Shown here piece by piece: positions 24,506 to 36,320 of a DNA stretch of 64,000 bases; position 1 is the stretch's first letter; every line of letters starts with the position of its first letter. Made by a program: the position numbers and the translations under genes. Origin of the DNA: Heterodontus francisci (taxonomy: Eukaryota). The notes beneath the pieces are model-generated. The model was not told the origin of the DNA. It saw nothing but the letters and a program-made list of their open reading frames with translations, and did no database searches. The stretch spans positions 26,102,142 to 26,166,141 of the forward strand of contig NC_090413.1 of the NCBI RefSeq assembly GCF_036365525.1. Direction: 5' to 3'.

Positions 24506-26756
24506 CATAAACTACATATGGCAGTTTGATGAATGACCAATTAAACCGTCTTTCAGTAATGTTGGTTGAGGGATAAAAGTTAACCAGGGCACTGGGAATT
24601 ATGGTGAATTAAAGTCAAATCAGTTACAGAAACAGAAATAAAAAGAGGGAAAGAGCGATTAGGTTAAGAGAGGAAAAAGGCAGCAAGGAAAAGTTAAGAA
24701 AAAAATTAAAATATTCAAAATTCAAAATGTTTTAAATGTCTAAGAGGAATTAACTGCCTGCGGGGATGGGATTGAATTGTTTAAATTGCTCCCTTTCTGG
24801 GCCAGAGAGATCGATTGGCATTGCATTAACAATTATCACATCATTGAAAGGACATTTATGCAGTTTAGTATGAGGCCTAACGTACTGCAGAGAGTTTAAT
24901 GGAGAATTAATGTGTAAATGTAGAAAACTCTTAAAAAATAACATGGTGCTTAAGGGCGAGACATGGTGGAGAGCAAACAGCACAAAATCAACGAGCAACT
25001 TCTTTGCATCTTGCGCCATATCCCTTAACCCCCTGAACATGCTGATTTGCACATTAATAACAGTGTGCGGTGTTTACTCGTTGTTATTGGATCCCATGGC
25101 AGTATTCCAAAGAAGAGCAGGGGAGTTCTCCCTGGTTTCCTGGCCAAGATTTATCCCTCAACCAACATCCGAACAAACAGATTATCTGGGTCATTACCAC
25201 ATTACTGTTTGTGGGATCTTGCTGTGTGCAAATTGGCTGCCGTGTTTCCTACATTACAAAGGTGACTGCGCTTCAAAAAGTACTTCATTGGCTGCAAAGC
25301 GCTTTAGGACGTAAAAGTTGCTATCTAAATGCAAGTCTTTTTGTGACACCCTGACACAGCAGCAGGTTGAGAAGGCAGCTCACCACCACCTTCTCAGGGG
25401 CAATTAGGGATGGGCAATAAATGCTGGCCTGGCCAGCGACGCCCACATCTCATGAATGAATTGTAAAAAGAAGCCTGGTCTATCTTTGTCTGCCACACCT
25501 TCTTGTCCAGCTCGGGTGTTCTGGCAGTTGCTGTGGGTATTGCCATCCAGGCTTCACTCAATACCACAGAAGTTACTTAAGTATGGCATAATTTCAGAGT
25601 GCCAAATGCAACAACTTCCATGATGCATCTTTCATCAAGGCAACTGGAAGCAAAACACCCTGCAGCACAGTATCACAGTCACGACGTACCTGGAGAAACC
25701 ACCAAGAAATGCAGATGAGATATAAATAATCAAAGGAGTGTATGTGGCCTGTCAACCTGCAAGCAAGGGTTTGACTCTTAAATATTCTGTGTGGTCTGTC
25801 TGAATTCAGAGTTGTAGTTGGTGTGAATGTCTTTAATTCAGGTCCCAAGTTGAGAAAATGCCAATAAATCATCTCCTTCTTATGCAGAACAATTGAAAGA
25901 ACTTGAAACTTTAATAGGCCCAAAATGTTTTGCTATTTGTTTTTACAACGCACTGTGGTTCAATAATAAACTCATTCTAGGTCTTTCCAATTACAGTGTG
26001 TGAGAGTTATGCATAGATAACATCTGCTGTATCTCCAATGCGTTCCTTATCTCATCAAAGCAAAGAGGCAAGATACAAAGATAATTTACATCTCTCTCTC
26101 TTCACTCAGTGGGTAACCAAGTCTTGCTGATTTTTGTAGTTTGCTTCTGCCAGCTCCTTCAGCGTGGTAAAGGCTTAATGTAGGCTTCGGAGGGTGAGAT
26201 GTCAAATAGGGAAAGGGGTGCAATTATTGCCTGAGTTCCCTCTGTGTGGCCCCCATTGCGTGAAGGTCAGAGTCAGACACACTTAAATTGTGAAATCAGC
26301 TCTCTGTGGTTTGCCTTGCTGATGATGAAGATTTTTGAAATCCTCTATAGCTTTATTAATAGCACAGCACTGTGACTTGGACGTATGCCAACAATCCTTC
26401 ATTATTGCTGGGCCAGATTCTCCCACCTGAACATCATTTTTGGAGCATTATCACCACACAAATCTGCAGCAGTTCAAGAAGAGATCCACCAGTTAGTATT
26501 ACCAACCGTCCAGGATTGCACTGGAGTCTCCAGGGCACTGCTGTGAGCAACACCCAAAAGAAAAATCACAGGGGTGATTTGAAAGAAGAAGTGTTTGTTT
26601 GTCAAAACATTGGGGATTGGTTGGGGAAAAGGTGGTTTGACCAGGAAGGGTGTTCGAAGGCAGCAGATCATGCAATGAAAGCTCCAGGAATACATCTACC
26701 CAGAACTGGCAGCCCTACCAGCCTTCTAGGGATGGGCAATAAGTGTGGCCTTGTAT

Positions 26757-27066
26757 AATGTGTGTTTGTGTGTGCATGTCTTTGTAGTGTGTATGTGTGT
26801 GTGTGTCTGTCTGTATGTGTGCCTGTGTGTGTCTGCGTGCATGTGTGTATCTGCGTTTGTGCGTGTTTTTGTGTGTGTGCGCGCGACTGCACATGCATGT
26901 GTCTGTGCACGTGTCTGAGCGTGTTTGTGTGCATGCATGTCGGTGCATGTTTGCGTGTGTCTGTGCATGTTCGTGTGCGTGTGTCTGTGCATGTTCGTGT
27001 GCTTGTGTATGTCTGAGCGTGTTTGTGTGCATGCGTGTGTCTGTGCATGTTTGTTTGTGTGTGTGT
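26757..27066. repeat. Degenerate (TG)n/(TGCA) microsatellite
   Basis: About 310 bp of TG-rich sequence; source of the spurious HT/CV-rich ORFs. Confidence 0.9.
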
Positions 27067-27855
27067 ACCATCGGCCACTGAGTGGGTTGGGAAGCAATGA
27101 CTGTGCTGACAGGTTTTGTGTTGTAAACAAAGAGTCTGAAATAAAAACTGATATTTCTCTTCAATCATTTAATGAATTAAGCATTAAAACACAGGTTAAT
27201 AGGAGATTTCTAATGTATTCATGATTACATTTGAATACTCTTCTGCTTAGATCAGATTACCTTACAACAATTTACTGATCTCTCTGTAGAGAAAGACCAG
27301 TTATCCTTCCTCATCATTCAATTTGAACCAATTTTCACCACATTAATTACAAAGTATTAGAGTATTTACAGCAGGAAAACAACCATTCAGTCCAACAGGT
27401 CAGCTTAAAAAAAAATCAATTTAAACACATTCTTCATTTTCTGAGAGTAAGTGAGGAACAACAGAATCTACAACAAAGATAAACATCAGAAAACAACCAG
27501 AAATGTAGACAGGGTTGTGTGTGTGTCAAGATAGATATAGATGACAGAGGTCATTTGACCCACCTTAGCTCAGCCACCCAAAATAAGAAAAGGCTTACCT
27601 GCTCTCCATCACAACAACTTGCATTTATATAGCGCCTTTAATAGTAAAGCGTTCCAGGCACTTCACGTGAGCGTATCAGACAAAATTAAACACTGACCCA
27701 TATAAGGAGATATTAAGACAGGTGACTAAAAAGCTTCGTCAATGAGATAGGTTTTAAGGACCATCTTAAAGGAGAGAGAGGCGGAGAGGTTTAGGGAGGG
27801 ATTTCCAGAGCCTGGGGCCCAGGCAGCAGTTGCAGGAGTCACAAGTTTTTGCTTC

Positions 27856-29421
27856 TGTTATGATCTTGTAGTTTTTTTTTCCGGGAAGCATACTGTGTAG
27901 CAGGATCAATACTGCTTTAAAGCAGCAAGACTGAGTCAAAGAATGTGCCTTCTCGTTGCCGTAGGATACAGCCACTCAGAGACTGAGGATCGAGAGATAC
28001 ATTGGCCAGAATTTTATGCCATCCCAATGAGCAGGATGGTGGCAGGGGGGGTGTGGTGTAAAATGGAGCGAGAGGCTCCGGGAGGCTTTCCCAACATTCT
28101 CCTGCCTCCGCCGCCCTTTACATAGGGTGGGGGCGAAAAACAGCCCGCCCGCACCAGGCCAATCAAGGCCCTTAAATGGCCACTTAAGGGTCTTCGCCCT
28201 CCTCTGTGCGAATTTGGCGCATGGCAAGCAGGCGGCCTGGAGCCTGGAAAAGCCGCCCGTGAAAAGCAGGCGGCTTCCGATCGTCTCGGGTGGGTCCTGC
28301 TCATCGGGCCCAGGGTGCCTGATGGAGGGCCGCCCCTGCTACCCCAACCACACCCAGCACCCAATACATCCCCCCTTAACCGACCATCCTTGCCTCGCCG
28401 GGGCCCGAACGATTGCCCCCGGTGAGGCAACCAAAACTTACCTTCCCTCCCGGCTCCACGTCTTATATCTTCAACTGGGCTGCAGTCCCAGCAGTGGCCA
28501 CTGCTCCCAGTGGCGCTGCTGGGACTAAGAGCTGCCGGCCCGCTGATTGGCCAGCAGCTCAATGAGGCGGGACTTCTTCCTTCAAGCGGGTGGAAGTCCT
28601 GTCTCGGAACAATTAAAGCCCGGGGACCCGTAAAATCCGGAACGGATCCCCAGGCGAGAGGGAAGCGGGTTCGCCAGCGATCTTTACGTTGAAGACCGGC
28701 TCCCATCCGCCCACCGTAAAATTCCAGCTATTGTTGCCAATTGGCATTTGAAAGAAGCTGAAAAATTGGCTCTTGAGACACAGTTAACAGACACAGACAG
28801 ACAGCTGAACCAGCATATACTGAAGGAAAAGAGAGCTCCCCCACAGTTTATTTCAACCCTATTTATTATACTCTCAGATTTCTGATGTCAAGCCAGATTA
28901 ATTTCTTAAAAGAAAATAACCAAATTCCTTTAACTACTGAACTGTAATTGCTGAAATTCATCGCTAGAAAAGAAGAGCATCAATTCAACTGTTGAACTAG
29001 ACTACGGACTGTTCTACTATTGAAGAACCTTTTTTCCCCCATCGGACGGCTGTGAGAACGTCAAGCAACCTTACGCTGTTCCACATTGGAAGAGTTCACT
29101 TTGGCAGGAGCGTAAATCTGCAAGGACACTAATTGTTTTTAAATTTTAAATGTTGTTTATATCTTAGTAGTGTTTAAAAATTTATTTTTTTCTAATTAAA
29201 CAGTTAATTTGTTGATCTAAAGACACCTGGTTTGGTTAGCCTCATTCGGGGGTTAATAGATGGTACAATTTGGCTGGGTCTTTCTTTAATTTGGAAAGTT
29301 TAAAATGATACGTGAGGTGATCTGTGGAGGGACGGGACTGAATCAACAGTGCGTTTCTCCCACCACAATCAGAATCGCATGTTTTGATTGGGGGCTTTGA
29401 CTTGAGCGGTCGGTCGTAACA
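27856..29421. mobile_element. Solo LTR (Gypsy/ERV-like) with 4-bp TSD and a nested MITE
   Basis: cttc|TGTTATGA...TCGTAACA|cttc: inverted TG..CA termini and a perfect CTTC TSD. Confidence 0.8.
28004..28729. mobile_element. GC-rich MITE (PIF/Harbinger-like) inside the LTR
   Basis: att|GGCCAGAATTTTATG...CGTAAAATTCCAGCT|att: imperfect TIRs, 3-bp TSD. Confidence 0.75.
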
Positions 29422-30951
29422 CTTCCAATATTGAGCAGGGAGGACATTCCAAGTGTTGACTGCTCTTGGCAAAAATTAATTCCAATTTTTCCTTTTACCA
29501 GCTTTAAGCTACACTCCTTGTTACTTAGAATAGGAGCAGGCCATTCAACCCCTCAGGTCAAAACTGTCATTGTGCCTGATTGTTCTTATTAGAGCAGGGA
29601 AGATGAAGAGATGTCATTAAGGTTGTCAAAACCATGAAGGATTTTGACCAAGTAGATCGGGAGAAACTGGCAGGAGGGTCAGTAAGCTGAGGACACAGAT
29701 TTAAGATAATTGGCACAAGTACCAGAGGGGAGATGAGGGGAATTTTTTTACAAGTTGTTGTGATCTGGAATGTGCTGCCTGAAAGGGCTGTGGAAGCAGA
29801 TTTAATAGTAACTTTCAAAAGGGAATTGGAGAAATCCTTGAACAGGAAAAATTTTCAGGGCTGTGGGGAAAGAGCAAGAGGTGGGACTAATTGGATAGCT
29901 CTTTAAAGGAGCCAGCACAGACATGATGGGCCGAATGGGCTTCATTCTGTATGATTCTATAAATAGGATTTGATTTTACTTTTCCCATTTTTTTTCTCCT
30001 TTTCTCCCATCTTCCCCTGAAGGTACCAGGCTCGTGCTGCAGAATGATTCCGCAGCTTTGATACCCTGACCAGAATGGCCATTCTCCATGTGTGAGCTCA
30101 AACAGTGAGTGCTGGGAGGCTATTTGACCATGGGTGCCATCGCAGCATAGCCTAACCCAGTCCTCACTAGTCGCTGACACATGCAGGTGTGCCAGTGGAT
30201 GGAGGAAGCTGGATAGCAACTGGGAGCAGATGTCCCAGCTGATTTTTCTATCCCCACCTCTGAGCTGGGGATACTGAGGGCAATTAGAGTCGGGCCATCC
30301 CCCTCTCCTGCCGCTCCCCCTTCAGACTGAGATCTGCAGACCAACGATGAAACGGGGACTTTGTAAGGGGCACTTTAAAAATGGTTGAGTTGTGAGTTTT
30401 GCTTTGGAATACAGTTGATTCAAATGGTCAACATCTTATGCCTCCCTTCCTCCCCCGGGGCATATAGGTGACAATTAGACATTTTGGCTTGAGTTATACT
30501 GCTTTATATGGAGATTTTTAAAATCCCTGCGCGCTGCCTATGCTTACAAGAGCTTTTTCAGTGGAGTTTTAGCAAATTGAACTGTGACCCCCAACCCCCC
30601 CATGACCTGCCACACTCCTCTCTGACTCCTCCCCACCCCCCCGGGCCACCATTCCATTCCAGACTCCTGGGAAAAGAATGAGCAACCGAAGTGAAAATAA
30701 AGTATTCCCTTCTTGGTTCGGGCTCGATGCAGCCAGTTACAACATAGGAAGGCTATAAAAGAGGTTCATTGAGGACCTCCTACCCTGCCCTTCACCTATT
30801 GGATAGAATTGGACAGGGGTTTAAATGAGCTTGGCTAAGTTTAGGTCAAGCGAAGGCATTGGGTAGACATTTTTGCCAAAATAAAGTGTCAGCTGGAAGA
30901 TTAGCATTCGATATGGGTCTTCTCCAGCTGTCAACCAGTAGGTTCCATAGG

Positions 30952-31126
30952 TTAACAAAAGTGGGTCTTTATATTCTCTAAGATGCTTGTTAGGTATTCC
31001 TTCAACGTTATCTGGCAGATCCACTTGTGCTCTTCTGTACACGACATGTTAAACCAGGTTCCATTCTCCAGTCGGTAACCGCACGCTGATACCTCAGAAT
31101 TGTTTGGTTTATGGAATGCCAAGAGC
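30952..31126 (-). CDS. C-type lectin domain exon 3 (terminal)
   Basis: tttccag|LLAFHKPNNSEVSACGYRLENGTWFNMSCTEEHKWICQITLKEYLTSILENIKTHFC*. Phase-2 start fits the previous exon; C...W...C....WIC pattern. Confidence 0.88.
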
Positions 31127-32367
31127 CTGGAAACAGAATCAATGGAGCCACTTTAAATGTACAGAGTGTGTCTGGCCAACCCGGCCAGTGCACGTGCAAG
31201 CTCCGCGCAACGCGATCGCCAAAGTCATCAGAGCTCGTCTGCAACTTTGCAAGGATCAACTCGCGTCTGCGCGCGCCGACGTCAGCCCGCACCGGGGAGG
31301 GGGAGGTGGGGGGTTGGGGAGGGGGAAGAGATGGGGCGAGAAGAGGGTGAGAAGTAGCGATTGAGTGAGGGGGGGAGCAGGGGAAGAAGCGACAAGTCGA
31401 GCTGGGGAGGAGCGAGCAGGAGAAGAAGCCCCCATTGGTTGGGGGTAGGGGGGGGGGAGGGGGTGGTTGCACTTTATCGACTGACTTTCTGACTATCGAG
31501 TGGAATTTATTCACATTTCTGTGTATGATTGAGCAGCGCCATCTTTAGACGTCGCTGACAGTGACGTTTCAGTCAATGACGCGGCATTTGCACATATGCG
31601 GGCAGTGTGCCATCTATTGGTTGCATTGTCAACAAACGCGACCTTAAATATATGGCTCAGCAGCATTCACACCATTCTCTCACCTTGTTGTGCAGTGCTG
31701 GCCACTATTTTTCACTCTAATTTGTTGCTTATGGGATCTTACTGTGTACACATTACATAGAATTACACAGAATACACAGCAGAGAAACAGGCCATTTGAC
31801 CCAACTAGTCTGTGCTGGTGTTTATACTCCATACCAGTCTCTCCCATTCCATCTCCCCCATCTCAACCTTTCAGAAAATCTCTCTTATTCCCTTTTCTCT
31901 CATGTACTCATCTAGTTTCTTTTGAAAGCATCTAAGCTATTTGCCTCCATTTCCCTTGGTAGCGAGTTCCACACTCTATCCATTCTTGGAATAAAGGCAT
32001 TTCTCCTTATTTACCTATGGATTTATTAGTAACTGTCTTCTATTCATGTCTTGGATTTACTGACAAGCAGAAACACTCTCTCCATGTCTCACCTGTCCAA
32101 CCCATTCAGTATTTTAAAGACCTCGATCAGGTCATCTCTAAGTCTTCTCTTGGCTAAAAAATTTTTTTGCAGCTGCCTGAGTAACAGAGACAGCAATTTA
32201 AATGTAATTTGTTGCCTGTAGGAGGCTTTGGAATGGCCTGAGGAATCAAATTGTGTTAAATAAATCCCTCAGAACACAGTGAATTTCAAGCCCTAACATG
32301 GTACGATGGGATGCTAGCATTCCTGTAGTTTTTTGGTGAAGTTAATCTGCTTACTTTATTTTTTTTT

Positions 32368-32683
32368 AAGAGATACAGCACTGAAACAGGCCCTTCGGCC
32401 CACCGAGTCTGTGCCAACCATCAACCACCCATTTTTATACTAATCCTACACTAATTCTATATTCCTACCACATCCCCACCTGTCCCTATATTTCCCTACC
32501 ACCTACCTATACTAGGGGCAATTTATAATGGCCAATTTACCTACCAACCTGCAAGTCTTTGGCATGTGGGAGGAAACCCACGCAGACACAGGGAGAACTT
32601 GCAAACTCCGCACAGGCAGTATCCAGAATTGAACCCGGGTCGCTGGAGCTGTGAGGCTGCGGCCACTGCGCCACTGTGCCGCC
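32368..32683 (-). mobile_element. HE1-type V-SINE
   Basis: Reverse complement of the same consensus. Confidence 0.85.
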
Positions 32684-32749
32684 CTCAGCTAAATGTGTTG
32701 TTGCGCCATCAATTGGATTGTACTGATGGGCAAACCCCATGCACTACGT

Positions 32750-33133
32750 AATAAAAACAGAAAGTGCTGGAAAAACTCAGCAGGTCTAGCAGCATCTGTG
32801 GAAAGAGAAGCAGAGTTAACGTTTCAGGGCAGTGACCCTTCTTCAGATCTGAGAGATAAGAAATGTGAAAGATTTTAAGCAAGTAAAGCGGGGGTGGGGC
32901 AAGAGATAACAAAAGAGAAGGTATCGATAGGACAAGGTCACAGAATAGCTGACCAGACGGTCATGGAGCAAAGGCAAACAATATGTTAATGGTGTGTTGA
33001 AAGACAAAGCATTAGTACAGATAGGGTGTTAATGGACTGAAAACTGAACTGAGAAGCTGCCAGACTTGCTGTGTTTTTCCAGCACTTTCTGTTTCTAATT
33101 CAGATTTCCAGCACCACAGTATTTTGCTTTTAT
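32750..33133. mobile_element. Penelope-like element with inverted termini and long TSD
   Basis: Flanked by cccatgcacta(c/t)gt at 32736-32749 and 33134-33147. The ends are inverted (aaaacagaaagtgctggaaaaa / tttttccagcactttctgttt). Confidence 0.7.
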
Positions 33134-33272
33134 CCCATGCACTATGTTTCCCAGTTCACTGTTACATCATAATGCTTTTGTTCAAATACACTCCTAAGTG
33201 ATCCAGATAGATCACAATATACACCAACACCAACAGCATTCATGAAGCCTTTCACAGTGGCATAATCGGACA

Positions 33273-33605
33273 GGGCGGCACAGTGGTGCAGTGGTTAGCA
33301 CCGCAGCCTCACAGCTCCAGCGACCCAGGTTCAGTTCTGGGTACTGCCTGTGTGGAGTTTGCAAGTTCTCCCTGTGTTTGCGTGTGTTTCCGCCGGGTGC
33401 TCCGGTTTCCATAGCCAAAGACTTGCAGGTTGATAGGTAAATTGGCCATTTTAAATTGCCCCTAGCGTAGATAGGTGGTAGGAGAATGGTGGGGATGTGG
33501 TAGAGAATATGGGGTTAATGTAGGATTAGTATAAATGGGTGGTTGTTGGTCGGCACAGACTCGGTGGGCCGAAGGGCCTGTTTCAGTGCTGTATCTCTAA
33601 ATAAA
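33273..33605 (+). mobile_element. HE1-type V-SINE
   Basis: Same consensus as the 24168 copy. Confidence 0.9.
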
Positions 33606-33864
33606 ACACAATAAATCAATTTTAGATTACCTAAGGGTTAGGGATATTTTAAAAAATCCAGAAAATGCTGCAAACACGTGTAGAGACTGATCAGCCTCTG
33701 AGAGACAGAAAGGGGAGAGGTTTGGGAGTAACACTTTATCACAACCAGACTTTTTTAAAAAAAGTTCCATCCAGAACATTAACTTCTCGTTCCATCACAG
33801 ATGCAAATTGACCTGCTTTGAATTTTCCAGCAATTTATTTTTCTTTAATTATCTCACATCCAGC

Positions 33865-34820
33865 ATATATAAATGACTTAGATGAAGGGACTGAAGGTAT
33901 GGTTGCTAAATTTGCTGATGACACAAAGATAGGTTGGAAAGTAACTTGTGAAAAGGACATAAGGAGGATACAAAGGGATATTGATAGGTTACGTGAGTGG
34001 GCAAAGACCTGGCAAATGCAGTATAATGTGGGAAAGTGAGAAATTGTCCACTTGGCAGGAACAATAAAATAGAAGCATATTACCTAAACGGTGAGAGATT
34101 GCAGAGCTCTGAGATGCAGAGGGATCTGGGCGTCCTAGTGCATGAATCGCAAAAGGTAGTACGCAGGTACAGCATGTAATTAGGAAAGCCAGTAGAATGC
34201 TATTGTTCATCGCGAGGGGAATTGAATACAAAAGTAGGGAGGTTATGCTTCAGCTATAGAGGGCATTGGTGAGACCACATCTGGAGTACTGTGTACAGTA
34301 CTGGTGTCCTTATTTCAGGAAGGATGTAAATGCATTGGAGGCAGAACAGAGAAGGTTTACTAGACTAATACCTGGAATGGGTGGGCTGTCTTATGAGGAA
34401 AGATTGGACAGGCTAGGCTTGTATCCACTGGAATTTGGAAGAGGCAACTTGATTGAAACATATAAGTTCCTGAGGGGTCTTGACAGGGTGGATGTGGAAA
34501 GGATGTTTCCCCTTGTGGGAAAATCTCGAACTAGGGGTCACTGTTTAAAAATAAGGGGTCACCCATTTAAGACAGAGATGAGGAGAAATTTTTTCTCTCA
34601 GAGGGTCATGAGTCTTTGGAATTCTCTTCCTCAAAAGGCGGTGGAAGCGAGTCTTGGAATATTTTTAAGGCAGAGGTAGATAGATTCTTGATAAGCAAGG
34701 GGGTGGAAGGTTATCGGGGGTAGGTGTAAATGTGGAGTAATCAGTTCAGCCATGAATTTATACAATGGCAGAGCAGGCGCGAAGGGCCGAGTGGCCTACT
34801 CCTGCTTCTAATTCGTATGT
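33865..34820 (+). mobile_element. 5'-truncated CR1 LINE
   Basis: YINDL..KFADDTK, RPHLEYCVQYW, CR1 3' tail; frameshifted. Confidence 0.9.
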
Positions 34821-34986
34821 TCTTTACCTCTATGTTTAATTGTAACTTTGTCTCTAAAGACCATTGTATACATTTTTGGAAATGTGCCCTAATTTTCTCT
34901 AGTCTGTGTGCAGTGAAGGTTCTTACAATCCAAAGCAAGGGCTTATTGATTGGACTATGATGTCTGGAACCAGAATGATAAGTTAC

Positions 34987-35060
34987 CTTTCTTTGGTAGT
35001 ACCATTAGTCAACTCTCCAATCCAATGCATCGTGTTATTAACATTCTTCTCAATGAAAGC
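34987..35060 (-). CDS. C-type lectin domain exon 2 (WIG motif)
   Basis: atacag|AFIEKNVNNTMHWIGELTNGTTKE(R)|gtaact. 74 nt, phase 0-2. Confidence 0.85.
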
Positions 35061-35219
35061 CTGTATATGGAATAAGTGCACAGTTACTATGCAGAGCAGG
35101 GAAGGTTGGTCCACTGAAGGGTAAGGGGTTGAGTTTCTGTCAGGCAATTCTCCTGCTCCTACACCAGAATCTCAGGGTAACATCCATGGAAACCCCAGGC
35201 CTTAACAAGAACTTCACTT

Positions 35220-35500
35220 GAGGTGTGAGGGGCAAAGTTTAGAGGGGATGTGCGAGGCAAGTTCTTTACACAGAGGATGGTGAGTGCCTGGTACTTGCTG
35301 CCGGGGGAGGTGGTGGAAGCAGGTACGATAGCGACGTTTAAGAGGCATCTTGACAAATACATGAATAGGATGGGAATAGAGGGATAGGGACCCCGGAAGT
35401 GCAGAAGGTTTTAGTTTAGACAGGCATCAAGATCGGTGCAGGCTTGGAGGGCCGAATGGCCTGTTCCTGTGCTGTACTGTTCTTTGTTCTTTGTTCTTGT
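35220..35500 (+). mobile_element. Short CR1 3' end
   Basis: Same tail as the 18833 element (ggcttggagggccgaa..cctgttcctgtgctgta..ttctttgttc). Confidence 0.85.
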
Positions 35501-36168
35501 TCATTTATCCTGGGATTTCCACTATACACGCAGCAGACAAGTGGGAGAATTCCCATCCTGAAATCTAAGAGCACCGAATTCTGCTTGAATTTAATTGACC
35601 TTTTACTCAATAAAAATAATCCTGTCACTTTTTGCAATGGCCTTGTTAGCTCACCATAGATTTTTGCTGTGTCTTCAGAAGAAGGTGCATCAGATTGCGT
35701 CATTCGGCTGTCTCAATAAAAGGAGGTGCTGCCATTCAAATTTATACTCTTCAAAAAAACCTCATGATTTGGCATTTGTTGCACTTTCACCTTTGAGACT
35801 GGGTTGAAATCTAGTGCAGAGTGGTGGAACAGAAACCTCTGCTACATGTCCTATTGCAGAGTTCTTGTATAATTCATCAGAATGATACCTGGGTCAAAGG
35901 GGTTTAATTATGAGGCCATTGTTGGAGAAGACTAAAAGGAGCTAAAGTATGTTGCACTGTGCCCTCAACAAAATGGCATCATGCCTGATCTTCAGTAGAA
36001 TTGGGGAATGGACTGCCCCACCTTCCTAAAGAGGTGGGCATTAACTGTTGTAAAGGTTACAGTGACTGGATTTCCTAACCTAAGGTGTTAAGTACTTCCC
36101 CAGCCCCTGTTGAGCTGCATTGCTATTTTAACTGTGTACCATCTCAGGAGATTGTAACTCATTTGTAC

Positions 36169-36320
36169 CTGCTCCATCGCATTGTTGATCTCTGCAAGTT
36201 GATAACCCATTGACTGGCAGGATTCATTTGCCCTGTGCCAGTCCAAATGATTTGACGAAAAGTCATAGCATTTTCCATTAAAGAATTGCCCCTTTCCAGG
36301 GCACTTTCCAGCAGAGACTC
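36169..36320 (-). CDS. C-type lectin domain exon 1
   Basis: ctctgcag|VSAGKCPGKGQFFNGKCYDFSSNHLDWHRANESCQSMGYQLAEINNAMEQ|gtacaa. 152 nt; CP..F..KCY.F....W..A...C...G..LA.I....EQ pattern. Confidence 0.92.

Noticed and set aside
26668-27224. Several His/Thr- or Cys/Val-rich ORFs up to 166 aa
   Set aside because: Translations of a TG microsatellite.
28014-28706. 230-aa GC-rich ORF and apparent CpG island
   Set aside because: Lies entirely within a TIR/TSD-bounded MITE; no recognisable domain.
31008-31514. 168-aa Pro-rich minus ORF overlapping the last lectin exon
   Set aside because: Derived from a GC-rich repeat and in a different frame from the CTLD exon.
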